Source: the human T2T-CHM13v2.0 reference genome, Homo sapiens. From it: a stretch of 64,000 bases of DNA. A program made the position numbers and the translations under genes. This document shows, one piece after another, positions 14,201-29,300 of the stretch. Within the stretch, counting starts at the first letter, position 1. The number at the start of each line of letters is the position of its first letter. The stretch lies in NCBI RefSeq assembly GCF_009914755.1, contig NC_060940.1. The stretch is one strand, 5' to 3'. The notes beneath the pieces are model-generated. The model had not been told where the DNA came from. It saw only the letters and a list, made by a program, of their open reading frames with translations, and ran no database searches.

Positions 14201-17200
14201 ATACTATTTGAGCCCATCCAATGATTCCCTTCGATTCCATTCGATGAGGATTCCATTCGATTCAATTCATTGGTGATTCTATTCAATTCAATTCTTTGAT
14301 TCCATTCCATTCCATTCGACAATGATTCCATTCGATTTCTTTCGATGATTCCACTCGATTCCACTTGACATTGATTCCATTCGATTCCATTCAATGATTC
14401 CATTTGATTCCAGTGGATGATGATTGCCATCGATTCCATTCGATCACTCCATTCTATTCCATTTGATGATGATTACATTCGATTCCATTTGATGATTCCA
14501 TCTGATTCTATTCGAGGATTCCATTTGATTCCATTCGATGATGATTCCATTCGAGTCCATTCGATGATTTCATTCCAGTACATCCAATGATTCCATTCGA
14601 GTCCATTAGATGATTCCATTTGATTCCATTTGAAAATGATTCTACTAGAGTCCATTCAAAGACTCCATTCGAGTCCATTCAACAATTCCATTCGACTCCA
14701 TTCGATGATTCCATTCGATTCCATTTGATGGTTCCATTCGAGTCCATTTAATCATTACAGTCGAGTCCATTTGGTGATTCCACTGGATTTCTTTTGATAA
14801 TGATACCATTCAATTACATTTGATGATGATCCCATTCAACTTCATTTGATGATGATTCCATTAGAGTCCATTCGATGATTTCATTCGAGTCCCTTCATTG
14901 ATTCCATCCGATTTCATTGGATGATGACTCCATTCGAGTCCATTCGATGATTCCACTCGATTCCATTAGATGACTCCATTGGAGTCCATTTGATTGTTCC
15001 ATTCGATTCCATTCGATTCCTTTCGAAGATTATTCCATTTGAGTCCATTCGATGATGATTCCATTCCATTCCATTCGATGATTCCGTTTGATTCCATTCG
15101 ATGATTCCCTTCGATTCCTTTCTTTGATGATTCCATTCCATTCCATTCAATGATTCCATTCGAATCTATTCCATGATGATTCCTTTCGATTCCATTCGCT
15201 GATGTTTCCGTTCAATTCCATTCGATGATGATGCCATTCGATTCCATTCAATGATTGCATTCAATTCCATTCAATGATTATCCCATTAGAGTAAACTCAA
15301 CGATTCCATTCAATACCATTCGATGATGATTCCTTTTGAGTCCATTCAATGATTTCATTCAAGTCCATTTGATGATTCCTTTCAATTCCATTCTATGATG
15401 ATTCCATTCGAGTCCATTCGATGATTCCATTCGATTGCATTCGATGATTCCATTATATTCCATTCAACGGTGTTTCCATTCGAGTCCATTCCATGATTCC
15501 ATTAGAGTACATTTAATGATTGCTTTGTTTTCAATTCGAAGATGATTACATTGGATTCCATTCTATGATACCATTCGATTCCATTCAATGATGATTCCAC
15601 TCAAATCCATTGGATGATTCCATTCGTGTCCATTCGGTGATTTCATTAGATTCCATTCGAGGATGATTCCATTCGATTCCATTCGATGATTCCATTCAAT
15701 TCCATTCGATGATGATTCCATTCCAGTCCATATGATCATTCCATTTGATTTCATTCGATGATGATTCCATTCGATTCCATTCGACGATTCCATTCTATTC
15801 CATTCGATGATGATTCCATTCGAGTCCATTCGATGATTCCATTCGAGTCCATTTAATGATTCCATTGGGTTCAATTCAATGATGATTACATTGGATTCCG
15901 TTCTATGATTCCATTCAATTCCGTTCATTGACAATTTGATTCCATTCGATGATGATTCCATTTGAGTTCATTCGATGATTCTATTCGATTCTCTTCGATG
16001 TTGATTCAATTCTATTATATTGGATGATTCCATTCGATTCCATTTGATGTTGATTCAATTCGATTCTATTCGATGATGATTCCATTGGATTTCACTTGAT
16101 GATTCTATTCGATTCCATTCAATGATGATTCACTTCTCGTCCATTGGATGATTCCATTTCATTCCATTCGATGATGATTCCATTCGATTCCATTCGATGA
16201 TTCCATTTGATTCCATGCGACGGTGAGCAATTCGATTCAATTCCATGATGATTCTATTTGATTCAATTAGATGATGTTTCCATTCGAATCCATTCCATGA
16301 TTATTCCATTGGAATCCATTCGGCGATGATTCCATATGAGTCAATTCAATGATGATTCCATATGGGTCCGTTCGATGATAATTCCATTTGATTTCATTCG
16401 ATGCTTCTATTCTATTCCAGTCGATGATGATTCCGTTGGTGTCCATACGATGATTCCATTTGATTTCATTTGATGATGATTCCATTCGATGATGATTACA
16501 TTGGATTCCATTCTATGATTCCATTCAATTCCATTCGTTGATGATTCGATTCCATTCAATGATGATTCCATTTGAGTTCATTCGATGATTCTATTCGATT
16601 CCGTTCGATGGTGATTCAATTCTATTATATTGGATGATTCCACTCGATTCCATTTGATGATTATTCCATTGGAGTCCACTTAGTGAATCCTTTAGATTCT
16701 ACTCGACGATGATTCCATTCGAGTCCATTCGATGATACCATTCAATTCCATTCGTTGATGCTTCCATTCAAGTGCATTCGATGATATCATTCGATTCCAT
16801 TTGATGATAATTCCATTTGATTCCATGCGATGATTCTATTCGATTCCATTCAATGATAATTCCATTCAATTCAGTGATTCCTCTGGACTCCATTTGATGA
16901 TGATTCCATTCAATGATTCCATTCGATTCTATTCGAAAATGATTCCATTTGAATCCATTTGATGATGATTCCATTAGATTCCATTTGATGATTCCATTCG
17001 ATTCCATTCGACGATGATTCCATTCGATTCCGTTTGATGATTCCATTCTATTCTATTCGATGATGATTCCATTCGATTCCATTCGATGATGATTGGATTC
17101 GATTCCATTTGATGATTTCATTTGATTCCATTCGTTAATGATTTCGATCAATTCCATTCGATGATTCCATTCGATTCCATTCGATAATGATTACATCCGA

Positions 17201-17309
17201 GTCCATTCGATGATTCCCTTTGAGCCTGTTCGATAATTCCATTTGAGTCCAACCAATGATTCCATTCATTTCCATTCAATGATTCCATTCGAGTCCATTT
17301 GATCATTCC
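11250..17309 (+). repeat. HOR unit 3, 6060 bp (same 52-bp deletion as unit 2)
   Basis: Anchor spacing. The junction ATTCCATTCA|ATGATTGCAT at ~15241-15260 is identical to that in unit 2. Confidence 0.92.
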
Positions 17310-20300
17310 GGTAGGGTCCATTCGATGTTGATTCCATTGGAGTGCATTCGATGATTCCATTCGAGTCCATTTTAGGATTTGATTCGAGTCCTTTCGACGA
17401 TTCCATTCGATTCCACTCGATGATGATTTCATTCGAGTCCATTCGACACTTCCAATCGATTCCATTTGATGATTCCATTCGAGTCCAATTGATGATTCCA
17501 TTCAATTCCATTCGATGATGATTCCGTACGATTCCATTCTGTGATGATTAAATGTGATTGCATTCAATGATGATTCCTTTCGATTGCATTCGATTATGAT
17601 TCATTTCGTGTTCATTCTATGGTTCCACAGGTTTCCATTCGTGTCCATTCCATTATTCCATTCTATTCCATTTCATGATGATTCCATTCGATTCCATTCA
17701 TTGGTGATTCCACTCAATTCCATTCAATGATTCCATTCCATTTCTTTCAACAATGATTCCATTAGTTTCTAATCGATGATCCACTTGATTCCATTTGACG
17801 ACGATTCCATTCTTGTCCATTCGATGATTCCATTTGATTCCATATGATGATGATTCCATTCGATTCCATACGATGATGATTCCATTCGAGTCCATTCAAT
17901 GGTGATTCCATTCAATTCCATTCGATGATTCCTTTCGATTCCATTCGATGATGATGGCATTCGATTCCTTTCAATCATTCCCTTTGATTCCATTCAAAGG
18001 TGATTTCATTCAAGTCCATTCGATAATTGCATTCGATTCCATTCTATGATGATTCCATTCGAGTCCATTTGATGATTCCATTCAATTCAAGTCAATGATG
18101 ATTCCATTCGATTCCATTCGATGATTCCATTGGATTCCATTCGATGATGATTCCATTCAAATCCATTCGATAATTCAATTCAAGTCCATTCGATGATGAT
18201 TCCAATCGAATCCATTCAAAGATTCCATTCAGTTCCATTCGATGATTCCCTTAGATTCCATTCGATGATTTCACTTGATTGCATTTACGATGATTCCATT
18301 CGATTCCATGTGATGATTCCATTCAATTCTATTCAATGATGTCTCCATTTGATTCCATTCGACCATGATTGCCTTTGATTCCATTCAATGATTCCATTCG
18401 GTTCCGTTTGATGATGATTCCGTTCGATTCCATTTGATGATTCCATTTGATTCCATCGGATGAGTCCATTCGATTACATTCGATGATTATTCCATTCGAG
18501 TGCATTAGATGATTCCATTCGAGTCCATTCGATGATTCCATTCGATTCCATTCGATGTTGATTCTGTTCAAATCCATTCGATGATTCCACTCGATTCCAT
18601 TCGTTGACTCCATTTGATCCCATTCGATGATTTCCTTTGATTCCCTTTGATGATCATTCCATTTGATTCAATTCGGTGATTTCATTTGATTCCATTCAGT
18701 GATGTTTCCATTCGACTCCATTCGATGATGATTCCATTCGACTCCATTCGATTATGATTTCATTCAATTCCATTCGATAATGATTCCCTTCGAGTCCATT
18801 CGATGATTCCATTCGATTCCATTCAACGATGATTTGATTCGTGTCCATTCGATGATTCCATTTGATTCCACTTGATGATGATTCCATTCGAGTCCATTTG
18901 ATGATTCCATTCAATTCCATACTCCGATGATTTCTTTTGAGCCCACTCAATGCTTCCACTCGATTCCATATGATGATGACTCCATTCGATGAAGTTCGAT
19001 GATGATTCCATTCGCTTGCTTTCGATGATGATTCCACTTGAGTCCGTTAGAAGATTCTATTCAATTACATTCCATGACGATTCCGTTCGAGTCCATTTGA
19101 TGATTCCATTAGACTCCATTCGACGATGATTCCATTCGATGTTATTCGATGATTCCATTCGATCTCATTCGATGATGATTCCATTCAACTCCATTCGATG
19201 TTTCCATTCGAGTTCATTCTATTATTCCATTAGATTCCATTCGATGATGATTCCATTCGATTCCATTTGATGATTGCATTCTATTTCATTTGATGATGAT
19301 TCCATTCGAGTCCACTCGATGATTCCATTCGAGTCCATTTAATGAATCCATTGGTTTCAATTCTATGATGATTACATTGGATTCCATTCGTTGATGATTT
19401 CATTCGGTTCCATTCAATGATGATTCCATTCAATTCCTTTCAATGTTTCCATTCAATTCCATACGATGATGATTCCATTTGATTTGATTCGACAGTGAGC
19501 CATTCGATTCAATTCCATGATGATTCTATTTTATTCAATTGGTTGACATTTCCATTCGATTCCATTCGATGATGATTCCCTTTGATTCCGTTCAAAGATG
19601 ATTCCATTCTAGCCCATTCAATCATTCCATTCGATTCTATTCAATGATGATTCCATTCATGTCGATTTGGTGATTCCATTTGACTTCATTTGATGATGAT
19701 TCCTTTCAAGTTCATTAGATGATTCCATTCGATTCCATTTGATGATGATCCCATTCGAGTCCATTCAGTGATTCCATTCGTTTCCATTCCATGATGATTC
19801 CATTCCTTTCCATTCAATGATTCCATTCGATTCCGTTTGATGATGATTTCATTCGAGTCCATTTGATGATTCCATTTGATTCCATTCGATGATGATTCCA
19901 TTCGAGTCCATTCGATGATTCTATTCGAATCCATTTGATGATTTCTTTTGATTATATTTGGTGATGATTCCATTGGAGTCCATTCAATGATTCCATTCTA
20001 TTCCAATCGATGATGATTCCATTAGAGTCCATTTAATGATTCCATTTGATTCCAGTCTCTGATGATTACATTCGAGTCCATACGATGATTCCACTCAATT
20101 CCATATGATGATGATTCCATTTGATTCCATTCGGTGATTCCATTCTATTCTATTCAATGGTGATTCCATTCGAGTACATTAGATGATTCCATTCGATTCC
20201 ATTCAATGATGATTCTATTTGTGTCCCTTAGATGATTCCACATGATTCCATTAGATGATGATACTATTTGAGCCCATCCAATGATTCCCTTCGATTCCAT

Positions 20301-23300
20301 TCGATGAGGATTCCATTCGATTCAATTCATTGGTGATTCTATTCAATTCAATTCTTTGATTCCATTCCATTCCATTCGACAATGATTCCATTCGATTTCT
20401 TTCGATGATTCCACTCGATTCCACTTGACATTGATTCCATTCGATTCCATTCAATGATTCCATTTGATTCCAGTGGATGATGATTGCCATCGATTCCATT
20501 CGATCACTCCATTCTATTCCATTTGATGATGATTACATTCGATTCCATTTGATGATTCCATCTGATTCTATTCGAGGATTCCATTTGATTCCATTCGATG
20601 ATGATTCCATTCGAGTCCATTCGATGATTTCATTCCAGTACATCCAATGATTCCATTCGAGTCCATTAGATGATTCCATTTGATTCCATTTGAAAATGAT
20701 TCTACTAGAGTCCATTCAATGACTCCATTCGAGTCCATTCAACAATTCCATTCGACTCCATTCGATGATTCCATTCGATTCCATTTGATGGTTCCATTCG
20801 AGTCCATTTAATCATTACAGTCGAGTCCATTTGGTGATTCCACTGGATTTCTTTTGATAATGATACCATTCAATTACATTTGATGATGATCCCATTCAAT
20901 TTCATTTGATGATGATTCCATTAGAGTCCATTCGATGATTTCATTCGAGTCCCTTCATTGATTCCATCCGATTTCATTGGATGATGACTCCATTCGAGTC
21001 CATTCGATGATTCCACTCGATTCCATTAGATGACTCCATTGGAGTCCATTTGATTGTTCCATTCGATTCCATTCGATTCCTTTCGAAGATTATTCCATTT
21101 GAGTCCATTCGATGATGATTCCATTCCATTCCATTCGATGATTCCGTTTGATTCCATTCGATGATTCCCTTCGATTCCTTTCTTTGATGATTCCATTCCG
21201 TTCCATTCAATGATTCCATTCGAATCTATTCCATGATGATTCCTTTCGATTCCATTCGCTGATGTTTCCGTTCAATTCCATTCGATGATGATTCCATTCG
21301 ATTCCATTCATTGAGGATTCCATTTGATTCCATTCAATGATGATTCCATTCTATTCCATTCAATGATTGCATTCAATTCCATTCAATGATTATCCCATTA
21401 GAGTAAACTCAACGATTCCATTCAATACCATTCGATGATGATTCCTTTTGAGTCCATTCAATGATTTCATTCAAGTCCATTTGATGATTCCTTTCAATTC
21501 CATTCTATGATGATTCCATTCGAGTCCATTCGATGATTCCATTCGATTGCATTCGATGATTCCATTATATTCCATTCAACGGTGATTCCATTCGAGTCCA
21601 TTCCATGATTCCATTAGAGTACATTTAAAGATTGCTTTGTTTTCAATTCGAAGATGATTACATTGGATTCCATTCTATGATACCATTCGATTCCATTCAA
21701 TGATGATTCCACTCAAATCCATTGGATGATTCCATTCGTGTCCATTCGGTGATTTCATTAGATTCCATTCGAGGATGATTCCATTCGATTCCATTCGATG
21801 ATTCCATTCAATTCCATTCGATGATGATTCCATTCCAGTCCATATGATCATTCCATTTGATTTCATTCGATGATGATTCCATTCGATTCCATTCGACGAT
21901 TCCATTCTATTCCATTCGATGATGATTCCATTCGAGTCCATTCGATGATTCCATTCGAGTCCATTTAATGATTCCATTGGGTTCAATTCAATGATGATTA
22001 CATTGGATTCCGTTCTATGATTCCATTCAATTCCGTTCATTGACAATTTGATTCCATTCGATGATGATTCCATTTGAGTTCATTCGATGATTCTATTCGA
22101 TTCTCTTCGATGGTGATTCAATTCTATTATATTGGATGATTCCATTCGATTCCATTTGATGTTGATTCAATTCGATTCTATTCGATGATGATTCCATTGG
22201 ATTTCACTTGATGATTGTATTCGATTCCATTCAATGATGATTCACTACTCGTCCATTGGATGATTCCATTTCATTCCATTCGATGATGATTCCATTCGAT
22301 TCCATTCGATGATTCCATTTGATTCCATGCGACGATGAGCAATTCGATTCAATTCCATGATGATTCTATTTGATTCAATTAGATGATGTTTCCATTCGAA
22401 TCCATTCCATGATTATTCCATTGGAATCCATTCGGTGATGATTCCATATGAGTCAATTCAATGATGATTCCATATGGGTCCGTTCGATGATAATTCCATT
22501 TGATTTCATTCGATGCTTCTATTCTATTCCAGTCGATGATGATTCCGTTGGAGTCCATACGATGATTCCATTTGATTTCATTTGATGATGATTCCATTCG
22601 ATGATGATTACATTGGATTCCATTCTATGATTCCATTCAATTCCATTCGTTGATGATTCGATTCCATTCAATGATGATTCCATTTGAGTTCATTCGATGA
22701 TTCTATTCGATTCCGTTCGATGGTGATTCAATTCTTTTATATTGGATGATTCCACTCGATTCCATTTGATGATTATTCCATTGGAGTCCACTTAGTGAAT
22801 CCTTTAGATTCTACTCGACGATGATTCCATTCGAGTCCATTCGATGATACCATTCAATTCCATTCGTTGATGCTTCCATTCAAGTGCATTCGATGATATC
22901 ATTCGATTCCATTTGATGATAATTCCATTTGATTCCATGCGATGATTCTATTCGATTCCATTCAATGATAATTCCATTCAATTCAGTGATTCCTCTGGAC
23001 TCCATTTGATGATGATTCCATTCAATGATTCCATTCGATTCTATTCGAAAACGATTCCATTTGAATCCATTTGATGATGATTCCATTAGATTCCATTTGA
23101 TGATTCCATTCGATTCCATTCGACGATGATTCCATTCGATTCCGTTTGATGATTCCATTCTATTCTATTCGATGATGATTCCATTCGATTCCATTCGATG
23201 ATGATTGGATTCGATTCCATTTGATGATTTCATTTGATTCCATTCGTTAATGATTTCGATCAATTCCATTCGATGATTCCATTCGATTCCATTCGATAAT

Positions 23301-26300
23301 GATTACATCCGAGTCCATTCGATGATTCCCTTTGAGCCCGTTCGATAATTCCATTTGAGTCCAACCAATGATTCCATTCATTTCCATTCAATGATTCCAT
23401 TCGAGTCCATTTGATCATTCCGGTAGGGTCCATTCGATGTTGATTCCATTGGAGTGCATTCGATGATTCCATTCGAGTCCATTTTAGGATTTGATTCGAG
23501 TCCTTTCGATGATTCCATTCGATTCCACTCGATGATGATTTCATTCGAGTCCATTCGACACTTCCAATCGATTCCATTTGATGATTCCATTCGAGTCCAA
23601 TTGATGATTCCATTCAATTCCATTCGATGATGATTCCGTACGATTCCATTCTGTGATGATTCCATGTGATTGCATTCAATGATGATTCCTTTCGATTGCA
23701 TTCGATTATGATTCATTTCGTGTTCATTCTATGGTTCCACAGGTTTCCATTCGTGTCCATTCCATTATTCCATTCTATTCCATTTGATGATGATTCCATT
23801 CGATTCCATTCATTGGTGATTCCACTCAATTCCATTCAATGATTCCATTCCATTTCTTTCAACAATGATTCCATTAGTTTCTAATCGATGATCCACTTGA
23901 TTCCATTTGACGACGATTCCATTCTTGTCCATTCGATGATTCCATTTGATTCCATATGATGATGATTCCATTCGATTCCATACCATGATGATTCCATTCG
24001 AGTCCATTCAATGGTGATTCCATTCAATTCCATTCGATGATTCCTTTTGATTCCATTCGATGATGATGTCATTCGATTCCTTTCAATCATTCCCTTTGAT
24101 TCCATTCAAAGGTGATTTCATTCAAGTCCATTCGATAATTGCATTCGATTCCATTCTATGATGATTCCATTCGAGTCCATTTGATGATTCCATTCAATTC
24201 AAGTCAATGATGATTCCATTCGATTCCATTCGATGATTCCATTGGATTCCATTCGATGATGATTCCATTCAAATCCATTCGATAATTCAATTCAAGTCCA
24301 TTCGATGATGATTCCAATCGAATCCATTCAAAGATTCCATTCAGTTCCATTCGATGATTCCCTTAGATTCCATTCGATGATTCCACTTGATTGCATTTAC
24401 GATGATTCCATTCGATTCCATGTGATGATTCCATTCAATTCTATTCAATGATGTCTCCATTTGATTCCATTCGACCATGATTGCCTTTGATTCCATTCAA
24501 TGATTCCATTCGGTTCCGTTTGATGATGATTCCGTTCGATTCCATTTGATGATTCCATTTGATTCCATTGGATGAGTCCATTCGATTACATTCGATGATT
24601 ATTCCATTCGAGTGCATTAGATGATTCCATTCGAGTCCATTCGATGATTCCATTCGATTCCATTCGATGTTGATTCTGTTCAAATCCACTCGATGATTCC
24701 ACTCGATTCCATTCGATGACTCCATTTGATCCCATTCGATGATTTCCTTTGATTCCCTTTGATGATCATTCCATTTGATTCAATTCGGTGATTTCATTTG
24801 ATTCCATTCAGTGATGTTTCCATTCGACTCCATTCGATGATGATTCCATTCGACTCCATTCGATTATGATTTCATTCAATTCCATTCGATAATGATTCCC
24901 TTCGAGTCCATTCGATGATTCCATTCGATTCCATTCAACGATGATTTGATTCGTGTCCATTCGATGATTCCATTTGATTCCACTTGATGATGATTCCATT
25001 CGAGTCCATTTGATGATTCCATTCAATTCCATACTCCGATGATTTCTTTTGAGCCCACTCAATGCTTCCACTCGATTCCATATGATGATGACTCCATTCG
25101 ATGAAATTCGATGATGATTCCATTCGCTTGCTTTCGATGATGATTCCACTTGAGTCCGTTAGAAGATTCTATTCAATTACATTCCATGACGATTCCGTTC
25201 GAGTCCATTTGATGATTCCATTAGACTCCATTCGACGATGATTCCATTCGATGTTATTCGATGATTCCATTCGATCTCATTCGATGATGATTCCATTCAA
25301 CTCCATTCGATGTTTCCATTCGAGTTCATTCTATTATTCCATTAGATTCCATTCGATGATGATTCCATTCGATTCCATTTGATGATTGCATTCTATTTCA
25401 TTTGATGATGATTCCATTCGAGTCCACTCGATGATTCCATTCGAGTCCATTTAATGAATCCATTGGTTTCAATTCTATGATGATTACATTGGATTCCATT
25501 CGTTGATGATTTCATTCGGTTCCATTCAATGATGATTCCATTCAATTCCTTTCAATGTTTCCATTCAATTCCATACGATGATGATTCCATTTGATTTGAT
25601 TCGACAGTGAGCCATTCGATTCAATTCCATGATGATTCTATTTGATTCAATTGGTTGACATTTCCATTCGATTCCATTCGATGATGATTCCCTTTGATTC
25701 CGTTCAAAGATGATTCCATTCTAGCCCATTCAATCATTCCATTCGATTCTATTCAATGATGATTCCATTCATGTCGATTTGGTGATTCCATTTGACTTCA
25801 TTTGATGATGATTCCTTTCAAGTTCATTAGATGATTCCATTCGATTCCATTTGATGGTGATCCCATTCGAGTCCATTCAGTGATTCCATTCGTTTCCATT
25901 CCATGATGATTCCATTCCTTTCCATTCAATGATTCCATTCGATTCCGTTTGATGATGATTTCATTCGAGTCCATTTGATGATTCCATTTGATTCCATTCG
26001 ATGATGATTCCATTCGAGTCCATTCGATGATTCTATTCGAATCCATTTGATGATTTCTTTTGATTATATTTGGTGATGATTCCATTGGAGTCCATTCAAT
26101 GATTCCATTCTATTCCAATCGATGATGATTCCATTAGAGTCCATTTAATGATTCCATTTGATTCCAGTCTCTGATGATTACATTCGAGTCCATACGATGA
26201 TTCCACTCAATTCCATATGATGATGATTCCATTTGATTCCATTCGGTGATTCCATTCTATTCTATTCAATGGTGATTCCATTCGAGTACATTAGATGATT

Positions 26301-29300
26301 CCATTCGATTCCATTCAATGATGATTCTATTTGTGTCCCTTAGATGATTCCACATGATTCCATTAGATGATGATACTATTTGAGCCCATCCAATGATTCC
26401 CTTCGATTCCATTCGATGAGGATTCCATTCGATTCAATTCATTGGTGATTCTATTCAATTCAATTCTTTGATTCCATTCCATTCCATTCGACAATGATTC
26501 CATTCGATTTCTTTCGATGATTCCACTCGATTCCACTTGACATTGATTCCATTCGATTCCATTCAATGATTCCATTTGATTCCAGTGGATGATGATTGCC
26601 ATCGATTCCATTCGATCACTCCATTCTATTCCATTTGATGATGATTACATTCGATTCCATTTGATGATTCCATCTGATTCTATTCGAGGATTCCATTTGA
26701 TTCCATTCGATGATGATTCCATTCGAGTCCATTCGATGATTTCATTCCAGTACATCCAATGATTCCATTCGAGTCCATTAGATGATTCCATTTGATTCCA
26801 TTTGAAAATGATTCTACTAGAGTCCATTCAATGACTCCATTCGAGTCCATTCAACAATTCCATTCGACTCCATTCGATGATTCCATTCGATTCCATTTGA
26901 TGGTTCCATTCGAGTCCATTTAATCATTACAGTCGAGTCCATTTGGTGATTCCACTGGATTTCTTTTGATAATGATACCATTCAATTACATTTGATGATG
27001 ATCCCATTCAATTTCATTTGATGATGATTCCATTAGAGTCCATTCGATGATTTCATTCGAGTCCCTTCATTGATTCCATCCGATTTCATTGGATGATGAC
27101 TCCATTCGAGTCCATTCGATGATTCCACTCGATTCCATTAGATGACTCCATTGGAGTCCATTTGATTGTTCCATTCGATTCCATTCGATTCCTTTCGAAG
27201 ATTATTCCATTTGAGTCCATTCGATGATGATTCCATTCCATTCCATTCGATGATTCCGTTTGATTCCATTCGATGATTCCCTTCGATTCCTTTCTTTGAT
27301 GATTCCATTCCGTTCCATTCAATGATTCCATTCGAATCTATTCCATGATGATTCCTTTCGATTCCATTCGCTGATGTTTCCGTTCAATTCCATTCGATGA
27401 TGATTCCATTCGATTCCATTCATTGAGGATTCCATTTGATTCCATTCAATGATGATTCCATTCTATTCCATTCAATGATTGCATTCAATTCCATTCAATG
27501 ATTATCCCATTAGAGTAAACTCAACGATTCCATTCAATACCATTCGATGATGATTCCTTTTGAGTCCATTCAATGATTTCATTCAAGTTCATTTGATGAT
27601 TCCTTTCAATTCCATTCTATGATGATTCCATTCGAGTCAATTCGATGATTCCATTCGATTGCATTCGATGATTCCATTATATTCCATTCAACGGTGATTC
27701 CATTCGAGTCCATTCCATGATTCCATTAGAGTACATTTAATGATTGCTTTGTTTTCAATTCGAAGATGATTACATTGGATTCCATTCTATGATACCATTC
27801 GATTCCATTCAATGATGATTCCACTCAAATCCATTGGATGATTCCATTCGTGTCCATTCGGTGATTTCATTAGATTCCATTCGAGGATGATTCCATTCGA
27901 TTCCATTCGATGATTCCATTCAATTCCATTCGATGATGATTCCATTCCAGTCCATATGATCATTCCATTTGATTTCATTCGATGATGATTCCATTCGATT
28001 CGATTCGACGATTCCATTCTATTCCATTCGATGATGATTCCATTCGAGTCCATTCGATGATTGCATTCGAGTCCATTTAATGATTCCATTGGGTTCAATT
28101 CAATGATGATTACATTGGATTCCGTTCTATGATTCCATTCAATTCCGTTCATTGACAATTTGATTCCATTCGATGATGATTCCATTTGAGTTCATTCGAT
28201 GATTCTATTTGATTCTCTTCGATGGTGATTCAATTCTATTATATTGGATGATTCCATTCGATTCCATTTGATGTTGATTCAATTCGATTCTATTCGATGA
28301 TGATTCCATTGGATTCCACTTGATGATTGTATTCGATTCCATTCAATGATGATTCACTTCTCGTCCATTGGATGATTCCATTTCATTCCATTCGATGATG
28401 ATTCCATTCGATTCCATTCGATGATTCCATTTGAGTCCATGCGACGGTGAGCAATTCGATTCAATTCCATGATGATTCTATTTGATTCAATTAGATGATA
28501 TTTCCATTCGAATCCATTCCATGATTATTCCATTGGAATCCATTTGGCGATGATTCCATATGAGTCAATTCAATGATGATTCCATATGGGTCCGTTCGAT
28601 GATAATTCCATTTGATTTCATTCGATGCTTCTATTCTATTCCAGTCAATGATGATTCCGTTGGAGTCCATACGATGATTCCATTTGATTTCATTTGATGA
28701 TGATTCCATTCGATGATGATTACATTGGATTCCATTCTATGATTCCATTCAATTCCATTCGTTGATGATTCGATTCCATTCAATGATGATTCCATTTGAG
28801 TTCATTCGATGATTCTATTCGATTCCGTTCGATGGTGATTCAATTCTTTTATATTGGATGATTCCACTCGATTCCATTTGATGATTATTCCATTGGAGTC
28901 CACTTAGTGAATCCTTTAGATTCTACTCGACGATGATTCCATTCGAGTCCATTCGATGATACCATTCAATTCCATTCGTTGATGCTTCCATTCAAGTGCA
29001 TTCGATGATATCATTCAATTCCATTTGATGATAATTCCATTTGATTCCATGCGATGATTCTATTCGATTCCATTCAATGATAATTCCATTCAATTCAGTG
29101 ATTCCTCTGGACTCCATTTGATGATGATTCCATTCAATGATTCCATTCGATTCTATTCGAAAACGATTCCATTTGAATCCATTTGATGATGATTCCATTA
29201 GATTCCATTTGATGATTCCATTCGATTCCATTCGACGATGATTCCATTCGATTCCGTTTGATGATTCCATTCTATTCTATTCGATGATGATTCCATTCGA

